From the NCBI GenBank assembly GCA_001938485.1, contig MQRK01202454.1, positions 69,184 through 133,183 on the forward strand: a stretch of DNA of 64,000 nucleotides. The letters run 5' to 3'. Source of the DNA: Girardia tigrina. Lineage: Eukaryota. The position numbers were made by a program, and so were the translations under genes. The notes below the pieces were generated by a model. It was not told where the DNA came from, did not search any database, and saw only the letters and a list, made by a program, of their open reading frames with translations. Shown here in pieces: positions 14,501 through 28,735 of this stretch; position 1 is the first letter of the stretch; every line of letters starts with the position of its first letter.

Positions 14501-17500
14501 NNNNNNNNNNNNNNNNNNNNNNNNNNNNNNNNNNNNNNNNNNNNNNNNNNNNNNNNGGTCAAGTTCTGGAATTTTTACACCTCACATGTTATATATCAAA
14601 ATACTCGTCTTGACGAGTAGATTTAGAATATGCAAAAATTAGAGGCTGCGTACCCATTGGGCCACCCTGTATTAACGATCTATTCTTGTAATTTAATGGT
14701 AAAACATATGGCTCTACCAAATAAAAGGACCTGAATCCAATTTATAATACATGATGAAACAAAATTTATTTTTTTTTCAAGCATAAAATCCAATTTTTCT
14801 AGACCTATTTTGAGTATGTCCCTTTTTTTCCGGACACATGGTGCATTTAAGGAAGTTATATCTCAAACACAGCATTTGTTTAGTACACATAATAACACAT
14901 TTCGACAGTCAAATATTATATTATATTAAGGAATATGTACTAAAAATGTTATGAAGTGGAGTGTTTCAGGATCTGGATCGTCTCTGCACAATATCCAACA
15001 ATAGTCGACTAACATTCCTTCTTTCCAGAAACCTTTGTAACATTGCTCAATCGATGTGCTGTCTTAGTGGTATCTTTCACCTTGATCATTGGACACTGCA
15101 CCAAGGTTTTCGGCGAAAAATTCTAGGTGGGAATAAAGCATATTATAAGAACATCCTGTATCACATTGAAGCATAAGTAGTTAGAAAGATTGTCACACTA
15201 TTTTTGTAATTATTAAATTTTTTGTTCCCTAAAATGTTGTCGCGTAACATCTTGAAGGAATTACATGCTTCCTTTTCGAGCTTTTGAAGCATGGTTGGGA
15301 AGAAGCTATCATCAATAAGTTGCCTCATATATGGCCTAATGAATGCACTTTCTTTTAAATTGGATTCATTGAGTTTCGAAAACTTTTTCGTGATGTATTT
15401 AAATGCTCTCGCGTTTATTCTGAACAGTGTATTTAGAAATTGTTTCACTTGAACAAGCTTAATATGAAGAGGGAGGATGAGAACACGCTGAGGATCTACA
15501 AGATGTTTTTTATCGACATTTTCAATTCCTGATCAAATGAGCATCGTTGAGCCTAATTTCATTGCACATGATGTTTGTCAGTGGCTTTGCTATCTCAGAA
15601 GCATAAAAAACAGTTGTATTTCGTATAACCTTGCTGCGTCCCCATTAGCATGACGATGATTTTGAAATGTCCACACATTTGCTATCTGTAGGCTTGGTAG
15701 TTGGTGGCAGCCAGAAGAACTTGCATGTCATCGTAAAACTCTGTTAGATGTACGGAATGTCCTACGTGGATAGACGGTTTCTTGTTACAATTATGAAGTA
15801 GCACTGCTTTTGGACTCCGCTTAGATGATTCAGTGAATAAGCGCCATTAATCTGGAATGTGCTCTTGAGAGGCTGTGGAAGACAAAAAGTATTTATTAGG
15901 TTACAAAAATTTTTAATCATCGAATTTCAAATGTATATTGTAGCTTATGCGATTCTTATTTATTGTACGACAGACACTATTTTAATATTATATGCTGAAT
16001 ATATTACAGGTGCCATGTACATACAGGACCTTTGTATTTTATTAGGAATACTGCTTACTTAATACATCATCAAGAAAACTAGACACGATAGAAGAAAACG
16101 GATTTCATATTCGAAATCAGTTCGTAAAACTGCATATAATTAGAAATGTTTTACTAGAGAAAAATTAAAAGAATTTCGCCAGAAATACGGAATTAAACAA
16201 AGATTAAGTAGCCCATTTCAACATCATTCAAACAGTCTACTGGTCTGTTGACTTGAAATTCAATGCCTTGTTTATCGATCAGAGGGATAACTCCTTGAAT
16301 CCTTTCAGTATAGCCTTTTTGGTTACTTCATAGAAAACTAGGTTGAATAAACTATGACCGATCACACACCCATTCCTAACAACTCGGTCCATAGGAAATC
16401 ACTGTTTTCTACAGTTGCAATGAAATTCTCATGAAATTCCTTTATAAGACAATATCTTTTCTGGCAAGCCCACATAACTTCGTGCGAGACGATATCGATT
16501 GCCTTTTCCAAAGAAATGAAGATTAAATATGCATTCTGGCCCCTGTATCGACCTTGCTGTATACGCCTGAGTATACTAATTACCTACAACGTTCATCTTT
16601 TTGGCCTAAAGCCAAATCGCCAGGGATCCAGTCTTTCTTTCATCACCGGGAGGAATCTATTTACGACGATTCGCGCAAAAATCAGTGACTTCTAAGAGAA
16701 AGAATTTTTTAGATTCAGATCTTGTACCTTTTCCTTTGAAAAGTGTCATCACTTTAGCATTTCTCGAAGCCAGTCGAAATTCATGATCACCGTTTCATAT
16801 CAGTTCAAAATCAAGCTTCACTTTGTTCGCACCCCACTTCAGAATTTCAGCAATCACCCCATTTGATGCGGGTGCCTTCCCATTACTCAGTTACAAGCTT
16901 TATTCCAGCCTCATCAGGAGAATCAACACTTACACACCATTCTCTAGGGTATTAATTATATTATAATAATACACACTTTATGTTATCAACTTATTTAAAT
17001 ATATAATATTTAGGTTTTCTTCCTACTTTCGGTCCATGTTTCATAAATTTTTATGGTAGTCCCAGAGAATTTTCAAACTTACCAGACAAGTTTGAAGCAC
17101 TTAATTATGGTAAAGGAGAGGGTGTAGCTTATCGTGGTCGTCTAATGATTGAATTAACTACTACTCTTGATGAGACACCAGAACCAGATCAAGAACTTCT
17201 ACCAATCAGTCAAGATTTCTTGCTAAAATCACAAGTAAATTGCTTTATGACTTATGATTTTTTACTCATATTTAATGCATTTGATTTATTTTAATCATCA
17301 ATTTCTTCAAAATGAATAATTTATGGAATATATTTGGGTTAATTTTTCTGCTTTCAGAAATTTCTACGGCGGCGCAAATATCGTTTGCATGCTGCTTTTT
17401 TAAGTGCATCAATGATTACAGCTGTAGATTGCCCGGTAGAATTTGAAGTTAGTATGGGAAATTATGGGAACAAGCTTGATGAAACCTTAAGTCCAAGCAG

Positions 17501-20500
17501 TTCTACCACTCAACCAACTAATGCCATTTTTGACGGAACATTTTATCATTTTCTTCCATGGGGAGATAGTAAACCATGTACTGTTGTTGACTGCCATTGG
17601 GAAGATGTGTCATCAAGATTATATACAGTCAACTTTTTCTTAAAGATTCTTGATAAAATGGTGAGTGATTACTTACATTCTTTTTGTCTAGATTTATTTA
17701 TTTAGTTAATTATCTTTCCAAGAAAAAAATTAATATAATTCTGGTTAAATACTTTTAATCTATCTTATTATTATTATATCTAAAACATTACGTCTATTTA
17801 TATGAATAGCCTAAAGAAAATAACAGCAAAATCTGAAAGTACTGAATACAATACTGTATTCATCGTGTTTGGTAAAAAGCAAAACCTGATGATAAATTTG
17901 AATTACTTTAATAACTAAGTGAAGTACTTGATGATGGATATGAAACATGTTCTACACTAGGGTGATTCAAAGGTTTTTCCACTCATATTTTCAAGATAAC
18001 AAAGCATGTTAAAAGAACACACTTATTCTTTGAAATACCGGCCTTTATTTTCGATGGTATTCAACCATCTTTCAGCCAGTTGCTCAATTCAACGGGTATA
18101 CCACTCTGTCGTTTTGGAAGCAAAGAAATCGCGGCACCCTTGTTCAATCTCTTCTACTGAATCGAACTGCCACTCTGAGAAAATGCGCCATTGCCCGAAA
18201 GATGTGGTAGATCAAGTCGTTATTGTGCTCTAGTGGCTGTCAGTTCGTGAGTAATATATCGACACCGTCTAATGATAAGGTCAAGCTGATGATGATGACG
18301 TTGAAAAGTAGATTATGAAGACCCAAGCTCTGTTGATAATCTCCGCATGCTGGTGCAGGGCTTGCTCCTTCACAGCTTGACGTAGAGTGTCATCATCAAC
18401 AACAGATGGACACCCAGAGTGAGGTTGGTCTTTCAAATTGACGTCACCACTTGAGAAACGCTTGAACCACAATTGGGACTCAAGAACACTAACCATACAT
18501 TCAGCTTCTACTGCACATATTCTCCGGGCTGCAGCAGCTGCATTGAAGCATTTTTTCCAGTAATGTCGCAAAAGGACTCGAATTTCGTATTTTTCGCTCC
18601 CCATAATCTGATAAGAATAAACAAACAAACGCTTAATGAATAAGCCAACACTATACAAGGAGATTCGTCATGCAAGACAAATTTCAATTTTTAACTTCAA
18701 ATTTAAACAATCTGTTTTAAAAAATTTTTGCTTTTGCTCTATTTGCTTTTTTTTATTTAATTAATATGTAACATTTTATTGCTGATGATGACGTAAGAAA
18801 ATATCGACACTTGTTCTATTATTAAATTTTTAAAGTTATCAATATTTATCACAACGAAAAAAATTATTAAAATTTGTATTGCACTAATTTCTCTTTGATG
18901 AATTCCAGCATTTAAAAATTGGAGTAAATATATAATTATTTGCACATATGGGTTGTCCTAAAAGTCACGACCAACCGTATTTAAGAAATTTCAACATGTT
19001 ATTTAGTTATATTTTTGTTTGAATCTTGAAATTCAAATTCTATGTCAAGCAATAGGTAGAACATTTTTGCAAGTTCAGTTGGTGGTTCCAGTCAGATCAA
19101 TCAAAAGTGATCATTTAAAATACTAGAAAGAAATTGAAGGAAAAATATAATTTCCAGCCAGTTGGTGGAAAGTCCTGCTCAGATAAACTGCTCCAAAATA
19201 GCACTGTGCTTGAGAGTCCCACAATCAAAAGATAAGACGTGTCAGAAAATCAAGAGGAACTGCTCGAGGAAAAATTAAAGAACCAAAAAAATTAGTTCGT
19301 TAGTTCAAAGAACATTTAATATTTACTAATCGAATGTACATCAAGTGCAGAAAGTTTGCTGCAGTCCAATTGTAATCAGAAGCAGATAAAAAAGACCTGA
19401 GTTGATTACTGCAAAATGATTGGCAAATTATTATTATTTCGAAATTTATTCGTTCATGACAACATTAAATTGTAAAAAAACTTGGTCATTAGTCAAGTAC
19501 AAAGTATTCCTCCAAAAGCCCCAATTAATTAAAACAACTGATCACTCCAATTGATTCCTATCTGAACAATGGTCAAAAATGAATTCAACCGGGAAAAAAA
19601 GAAGCGGACTGAAGAAAGTCTGTCACTTGAGGCAGACCAACGTACCAGCCCATTAAGCAAAATATACGAGGTATAATTTGAATAAAAGTCTTCAGGAATA
19701 TATGTCAAAGAGGCAAGATCTACCTTCATGTAACACTGTACTGATGAGGGGTATTGGTTATGCATCCAAAAACTGGGCCAGAACACTAAACAATTTTGCT
19801 ACTTTTCAAAACTATGACTGAAAAATGTTTCGATGGATATTTGCAAGATCATTCCACCGAATAAAGCTTTTTATTGAACTTGGAGACATTCAAGTCGACT
19901 TATGATGTCTAGTTCACATTTATTTTTCCATTCTTTTTATTAGCTTATTTCTATATAGGTATATATATACATATAAATATATGTCTCCATGGAATTTAGA
20001 AACCTGTTTTTGAAGACTTTTTATTCAATCAATTTTCTTCAAGCTTTGCATACTTACTCGTTCTCGATGACAATAAATGATTACGTAAATATTTGATCAA
20101 AAAACTTATTAAGATCCAAAATTCGGAGTTCCAGAACAATATTAATTGCAAGATTTCTACTTATAAAAGTAGTTTACATGAATTTTTATTGTGTTTTTTT
20201 ACTTAAAATTTTCTAAATGTTAAATTTTTTAAATTTTAAAAACTTTGTTGGCAAAGTAGAGTTTTGTCTGCATAAATAATGGATTTAAAAAATATAATTT
20301 TTTTATTTTCTAGTTTATTCATCATAAAAACATTTTTCATTGAAAAAATATTATTGAGCTCTAAAATAAAGAACTTTTGATCGGTCTTGACTTTTGTAAC
20401 ACCATGTACATACTAAAAGTTTTTAGCTATAAAGGAGATGACAAAGATATTTGAATTACTCGGAAACGAATTGTTTAATCAATATTTTTATTGTGACTTT

Positions 20501-22697
20501 TATTGTGTGTGATCTTATGCGTAAGTTCCTTTATTATGATTTATTAATCCTTTAATATGATATTTATTCCTTTAATATGATTTTAAATGAACATAATAAA
20601 GTTTTGACAAACTGGTATGTTTAATACCATGAACTTTATATCATTGGAACAAAGCTTCCCTTATCGTCAAAGATCAGTTGGGATTGACATTAAATATTTA
20701 ATATAGATTGAGTTTAGCATATTTACTTAGTAAAATTTTCATTGCTTCATTAATTAAAGAATTGATGAAATAAACACATTCATATATAAATATTTAATCT
20801 AAAACATTTTTGATTTTTCAAATAACATCAATTCAATAAATATTTTTTATATAAATATAGGCGTCAAATATGGATAAAATAAGAGTGGCAATAAAAGCAA
20901 ATTTACCAGAAGAAGAACAAGCTCAATTCGTAATATCTGCGTATGATGACTTAATTATGCATTGTAGGTTAGTAAATTTGTGGTTTTCAATATTGCTTAA
21001 ATCTTTAATTAGTAAAGAGCTTCCAAGTTGGGAGGCTGGGGAAAGTCCATTGACGGAACTGGATTTAAATCTTCAAACTCTACGAAACAATGATTTAAGA
21101 AGTATCAGAAAAGAAGCTTTACGTATCAGAGAAGAAGCTACTTCTGTAGAACAAGCCTTAAGTGATCTAGAATTATTTTGCAATCAATTAAGAAATTTAG
21201 CCGTTGAAGTTTGTAGTATAACATCTTTTGCATATATTGAAGAATGTAATCACAGCCTCAAAATAGCATGCCTGATGTTGTCATTTGGATGATAACTGGA
21301 CAAAAGAGAACTGTTTTCTATCGTATACCTGCGTATGACGTTTTATACAGTAGCAATATGGATTACATGGGCCGCTATTGTGGAACTGTACAAACAATAA
21401 ATTTAAAGGTACTTTAATTAATAGTATTAAATATTTTGTTTTAATCAAATTATTTTTGAAAAATAGTTCAAAATAAAAAAATATTAACCACTCAAATGAC
21501 GTCTTGACTTAAAAGATTATTAAATTTGCGTCTTTGTCGATGCTCTATAGTTCGGTAAGTTAATGCAATCTTGATAAGGTTTTTAGTGACAAAAAGTGAA
21601 GTCTTAAAAAGTGCCTATCGTTTGTTGATTTATCAAATCAAGTTTAATTTCCAAATCTCAAATTCTTGACGAAGATTCACTTTATAATACAGCTCATAAG
21701 TCGTTATCAGCTAATTTTTGCAGCAGGTTAAAACGAAACTTACAGCCCAAATCAAAATGACATTGTTTGAAACACCTAAAAATACCCGCTTAAAACTATG
21801 ACATTTATTTTATTAAGTGGTTCATTGTGCTTATAATTGGCATTATTTAACGTAACCTAACATGATCCTTCCTCTTCCGGTATTCTATAACCATATCTAT
21901 TCTATTATATAGCATATTCGTTAACCTAAATCTTTCTTTAAATCTCTAGAAAGTGTTAAAAAAACTAATTTTTTTTTGTAAAATCAGAATGGTTATTCTA
22001 AATTTTTTATTGAACATTTTACAAAGTGGATAAAATACTTTTGAAAAATAGTTCGAAAAATCAATGTTTTGCTTCTCCTGATCGATATAAGAAAGAAATC
22101 GAAGTATCATTAGATATTGATAATGTACTCAAATATTGCTTAATTGTATCTTATTCTGAAAGATTTAAAAACTTTAAAAATGCATTATTAAAAGCAACTA
22201 CAATTAATTGAATTTAACAGTGATATCACAATATCATAACATTCAAAATATGTTCGGTAATAAATCTATTACACTTTTAACACTTTGTTCTGATATTATT
22301 TATGAATATAAATGTAATTGGTGCGATGCAACTTACTTTTGAGAGACTGCGTTTCATCTTTGTAAACGAATTCAAGAACATAATCGAAAAGTGAGTAAGA
22401 GCAATATTGCTGAACATTCGAAAAAATGTAAGTATGATGTTAATATTGATAATTTCAAAATTATTTGTAAGTATTTTGATAGTTATTTGTACAGTGTCGT
22501 ATATAACATTATAAATTAGGTCACTTTTCATTACAATCAATGTTCAATCAGCAGCGTCAAACAGCTTATTGAGAATTTCTGATTAGCTTGATTTCAAGCA
22601 ATCTATTACATAACCATCATTTTGTATTTATATACAGGTGACTTAATTATTAATCAGTGATCTGAAGATGACGGTTGATCTCATCGAAGTATATTGT

Positions 22698-22729
<32 letters not shown>

Positions 22730-22779
22730 NNNNNNNNNNNNNNNNNNNNNNNNNNNNNNNNNNNNNNNNNNNNNNNNNN

Positions 22780-22829
<50 letters not shown>

Positions 22830-25800
22830 AATGATCAATTTTGTTGTTCATAAAAAAAATCACATCCGGATTTAAGTTTATCAATATATTTTTCATATGT
22901 CGCAATTGTCTTGTTTATTAATTCAAAATTTATTACTTTTAGTTAACGTGTCTTTATCAAATAGATTCCGTCTATCAAAGATACTGAAATTTCAAATTAT
23001 TCAATACCTGCTCAGTTGAGACTTAAAATTTGGCTGGGCCAAGAAAAAGATGAATTCGAATGGCATAAAATGCAAACCGAAGGACAACTTGCAGTTTTAG
23101 CGGAAACAGTAATTTGTGTGATACATTTAAAATATATTTGTCTTAAATAACAGTACGAGAATCAAGCCAGTATAATGGGTACTTGGACAACCAGAGGACC
23201 AATGATGACTCGGCCTATGTGGTCAGATTCTTCTGGAAGAGTTGAGTTAAGAAAAGAAAATATTAAACCTCCTCAAGGATGGATTTGGGATGGCGATTGG
23301 TATATAAGTCCCGAATTATCATTATTTTATGATAAAGATGCGGGATTGAGTCAATATCTAGAGGACGTTTTCGTATGTGAAACTCGTATTGCGGGCGGAC
23401 CATGGGGTCCAGCCGTTGTTCAGTTTACTGATATTAAAGGGGATCCTTGTCCAGCACCTAAAGATATTGCTTTACCCGCTGGATGGGAATGGGAAGATGA
23501 ATGGCAAGTTGATCTTAATAGACCTTGTGATGAAGAAGGTATCTATTTTATTTTTTTTTAATTTCTTTTAGTATTATTTAGGTTGGGAATATACTGTTGA
23601 AGCCTCAATGGGAGGTTATGTTCCAGTAGAAAAGATGTATCACATGTGTCGGCGCAGGCGATATGTAAGACCCAGAAAAGTAGTTAATGAAGCATTAGCA
23701 AACCAAGATTCAGTATGTTTTTGTTTTAAATTAGAAAAGTTATTTTGGTATTGTTTATTTTGTTAGAGCGCATTTTTAATGTAAGTTTTGAAATTTTTTT
23801 GAGTTATTGTGATAATCGAGTTTGGATATTTAAAGCATTCTGCTTGAAAAAAAGATTACTTTAAATAATAAGTAAATCATATCTTCAATTTTGTCTGTCA
23901 CTATCAATTGTAATGAAAAATTGTGAATACAAATATGTTTTACAAATGAACTTGAAAGTTAGTTTTATATAAAGATAGTTTTTTTATTTTTCTAACTGTT
24001 CCTCCTGAGTCTTTTAGGGACAGTAAACGAATTTATTAAATAAGAAAAATCAAACTGAGAAACTTTTGATAGAATTTATTCAATTTTAAATCAAATGTTA
24101 CCCTTTCTATTATCACATCGAAGTTCATAGACAACATATTTTCGCATATGTGAATCATCTATTTTATTTGCACTCAAATATGTTTTTTATGCAATTTTCA
24201 AATCAACTTTTTAATATTATTTCTAAAACTATTTTTAGAGAATCCGCAATTTGAGGTTCTACGACCGTGTCCCATTCACAATCACTGGCCATCCTTTTGA
24301 TAATGCTGCACGCCGGCCGTAACCAACCACAGACCGTGTAATGTCCCACCAACCGACCGGTCCACGCGAATAAATTGCCTCGAGTAATTTGCTCTGGCAG
24401 TGGTGAAACTTCTCCGTCTCGGTGCCACTGTAATTTCCCGCCTTCGTCCACCTTAACCGAGAGACACAACACTCGACCGCCGTCTATGGAAACTGGATCT
24501 TTCGCCTCTAATCCGAAGCACTGCAACACTTTTAGAACTCGATTTACTGGCATTTCGACGACATTAACTGCGATGTCATCGTAGTAGGCGTCTGTGTTCG
24601 CCTGCACCACTGGATCCGACCCCAACACGTGTGATATAATTTTCTGCATTATTTTTGGAGCTACACTCATCCCGAACCCGAGCCTGGTTAGATAATAAGA
24701 TCTATTCTGATGTTGTACAACCTGGTAAGCCCACAAGGATTTGTTGCCTTGATTTGTAGATAAGTCCGCCGCATATCCACAATGACCAGAGTTTCGTCCC
24801 ATTCGGCGCCATTTTTTCAACTTTTCAGTGCACACGAGGCTCTCAGCCGTATGACTTGAGATCCACTCGTGTAGCTCCCGGTAGTCAAGGACTGGTCGAA
24901 CCTTCGCTTTTGCTTCTTGAAACACTGCCATAAGGGGCAGTTTCGGATGCCGGTGTCTTTCACATTACACCATCTATCCTTTCACTTTCCATTCTTCAAG
25001 TTCGGTATCGACTTCTAATTCATGCGCCCGGCCGGATTCATACTCCGACACACTGTTGCGAGCTGGCGGCAACAGCTTTCTTTCGCCCATCTTTCCATTG
25101 ACACGTAATAGACCAAGGTGATCCATCGAACACTGCCATGAAATCCTGATCGACGATACAAGTTGATGCAACGCCCTTCGATGCACTTGTCTGGATCCCC
25201 GGTTGATCTAACGATTCGCTCACTGGCGCTGTAGCAGCTGCTGCGGGCGGTGCTCTATTGCTGCCTCCCGACTCACGCTGCGCTTGTTGCAGTCCATTCA
25301 CTGTACCAATGTCGAATTTGATTCCTCTTCATGTGGTGCCCACATTCACCCCTCCTATTGAGACGATTGTATCCATTCCTAGGATCATCTCCACTCCAAT
25401 CGACTGCAAACTTTTAGCCAACAAAACCCAGCACTTTAAAAGCTTCCCCGACACTTCAATCTCCACCCATGCCCCGTGTGTCAGTACTGCTTGACCGAGT
25501 ACCATTTGCAGTTTTTCGGATACACTTTGAATCTGATCCGGTCGCACCAGCCGGAACACCCCGTGTCGATGAGTCTTCTCATCATTTTTCCTCTTACTCG
25601 GACGACGACTACGGGTAACTACACATCGACATTCACAGGTACCCTCCCTGCACAGAAGAGAGGGCCTGTTGATTTTTTCCCGACTTTCGATTCCGTTGTG
25701 GACAGACCGGGCAAAAGTGATTCGGTGCGCTGCAGATGAAGTACGCTCTAAATTTTGAAAATGGTGATGGACCTTCCTTCACTTCTAGCGATGCCATGCA

Positions 25801-28692
25801 GTCCCGTTGCAAATGACCGCGCCGGTTGCATCTAAAACACTGTCTTTGATTAACTCAGTACTTGACGTTCGACGCTTATACCACCACTCCGCCGCTTGGT
25901 GGTTCAACCGCCTTCTCTGTTCTCGTGTTGATTCGAAGAAGTGACCGTGCTATCGGGATCAGGCTTCGTAGGGGCTTTTTTTCCTTCCCCGCCTCCGACA
26001 AAAGATGTTTCGACACTTCTGTCGGCAGTCCGGCAAGAAATGCTTGGCGCAAAAGCTATTCCTGCCGCATCGAGATGATGGTCGCGAGCCACTGCAGGGA
26101 CGACATATACTCCTCGATAGATTCACCTGGTTGAATCGATCGAGATCTAAATTGTTCGAACGCCTCTTGCGGATCGACCCTGAATTCTTAAGACAATGCG
26201 ACCTATACCGCATCATAGCTCCGCTAGTCCTCGCTCTTCAACCCCAAAAAAAGGTCAAACGCACGATGGTCCAAGAGCATCGGTAGAGGCGCCGTTTTGT
26301 CGATGTTTCAGACCGTCGCTGCGGCTTCGAACTTGCGACACCAAATCGCAAAATACCGCAGCCATCATATGTTCGAACTGCATCCGTAAATTCAATTCGG
26401 TTCATGGCCACGATAGCTTGATAAGTCAAAGCTGATGGTAAAGATGTATTTTCCGAACGAAAATCCACCGGCTCAAAGTTCCCGCTATTAATTAATCCAG
26501 TAAAACAATCGTATTAATTCCGATTGCTATTTCTCCACAATTATAATAAATACTCTAAAACTTCTAATAATCCCCCAGTACAGCTACTTTTTCTGATCAA
26601 ATTTTTTCTCAAGAATAATCCCCCACATCTAATAATTCCCCACTCTGAAAATTTTTTAAATAAAAATTTTTGTCTAATACGATTTAAAAAATGATTTTTT
26701 GTTGTGTTATTTGGGAAGAGTTTTAGTTTATCAACTAATGAACTAATACCGTTAAAATATCAAATCCCATTTTAATTATTAATAGATTTATTAAACCAAT
26801 AAACGAATTGTAATCAACCATAAAATTGATTTATTTATATGAGGGGTTAATTTAAATTTGCATCTCGACAGAATAATTTATTATTTTTTTTAATTTAAAA
26901 GGTAAAATATTTTTATGTTAAAATGCTTATTAAATATTTTAAAATTAAAATTGATATAATAAAACAACTATTAAAAATCAAATACGTATTTAAAAATAAA
27001 ATATGTTTTTAATGTGTTTTTAAATATTTTAAAAATTAAAAATGATATAATAAAAAAAAATCATAAAAAAATTAAATATTTATTTTAAAAAAATATCTTT
27101 GTAATGTATCTATTAAATATCTTAAAATTAAAAATGATAAGAAAATCATTAAATATTTATTTATAAATAAAAATATTTTAACAGTCATAACAATTTATAT
27201 ATTTTAATAGAAGTTATGAAACAATTTTAAATAAATTTTAAAATAAATTTTTAGTTTTAATGTGAAAATTATTTAATAAATTTGCAAGATTTTAAATAAA
27301 CTTTAAAATAAATTTTTAGTTTAATGTGAAAATTATTTAATAAATTTGCAAGATTTTAAAAATTGAATCGAAAAGAATTCAATAGATTGATTTTTGGTGA
27401 TATAATTAAATTAACAGAAAAAATGTTTAAATATATATTGTTGTTACAGTAATAAATTTTCGTGTTAAAAAATGAATTCTGATATTGATGTTGCAACCAC
27501 TTCTCACAATTTACACTTTAATTGCAAAAAATTGGTTTATTTACCAACCACTATATTGGTTTTAATTAACTTTTTTTCAATAATTTTTACATATCCCAAC
27601 ATTTTATTGATCTATAATTAAATCTAACAAGCATAGCAACCAATATAAACTAGAAGCAATTAATGATTATAAGACTGGAGGTAACAAGCTCCAAACAGCA
27701 AAAAAAATCAAAATAGATCGTAAGAAACTGACAGAATGGCTTGCGGCCGAAGAGGCTATTCGTGGTGCAGATCCAGATCGATTTTGCTTGGACAGCGCTG
27801 GAAGAAAAATGGTGTATGTTGAATTAGATGGTTTGTTAGTTGAAAAAATTCAAGATCAGCGACTTCAAAAAAAGTGTATCGAGAAAAATGATTGTTCATT
27901 GGACTAAAGAGATTGTTTTGGAAATGGATCATTCCATATTTAAGGCTTCAACTGGTTGGCTGGATAAATTTCTTAGGAGAAACCAGTTAACAATCAGAAA
28001 AGCTAACAGAATATGTAGCTTAGATGAGGTTGAAGTGATCAAAAGAGGATTAAGCTTTATTATTCATCTGAAATGCCTCATCAACGAATACAAGATTTTG
28101 CCAAAAAATATTTATAATTTTGATGAAACAGCAATCTTTATCGAAGATGATCATTTTAAAACAATCTAACAAATTAGTGCTAAAAAGGTCCCTGTTGTAG
28201 GAGCTGGTTTGTCCAGATTAATGATCACTAGTATTTGTGCTGCATCTGCAACGGGAACAAAACTTCCCCGACTGTTATTTTTAAAGGAAAAAATGAAACA
28301 ATCTCTACAAAAAATGGAGTTGTTCAAATTACAGCTCCGCAATCCTGGGTCAACATGAAATTATTCAAAATGTGAATCGCTTACATGTTCCCCATGATAA
28401 CTTTGCGACCTAATGAACTTCTTCTTATATTTGATAGTAATTGATGTCATATTTCCAAAAAGGCCATAGAGCATTTGCAAAAATGAAAAATTTTGTTTTG
28501 TAAAATCCCAGCGGATATTTTTTGGTTTTAATCATTAAAAGAATGCCTATGTAACCAAAATGCTCAATGGTTTCAATTTGATGCTTGTGAGCGTACCAAA
28601 TCTGGTAGAATAAAATCTCCGCCATGCGAGCTGATTAAATTTTAATGAAGTTTTATAAAATGACTATTTAAAAGAAAAAAACAATATTTACA

Positions 28693-28735
<43 letters not shown>

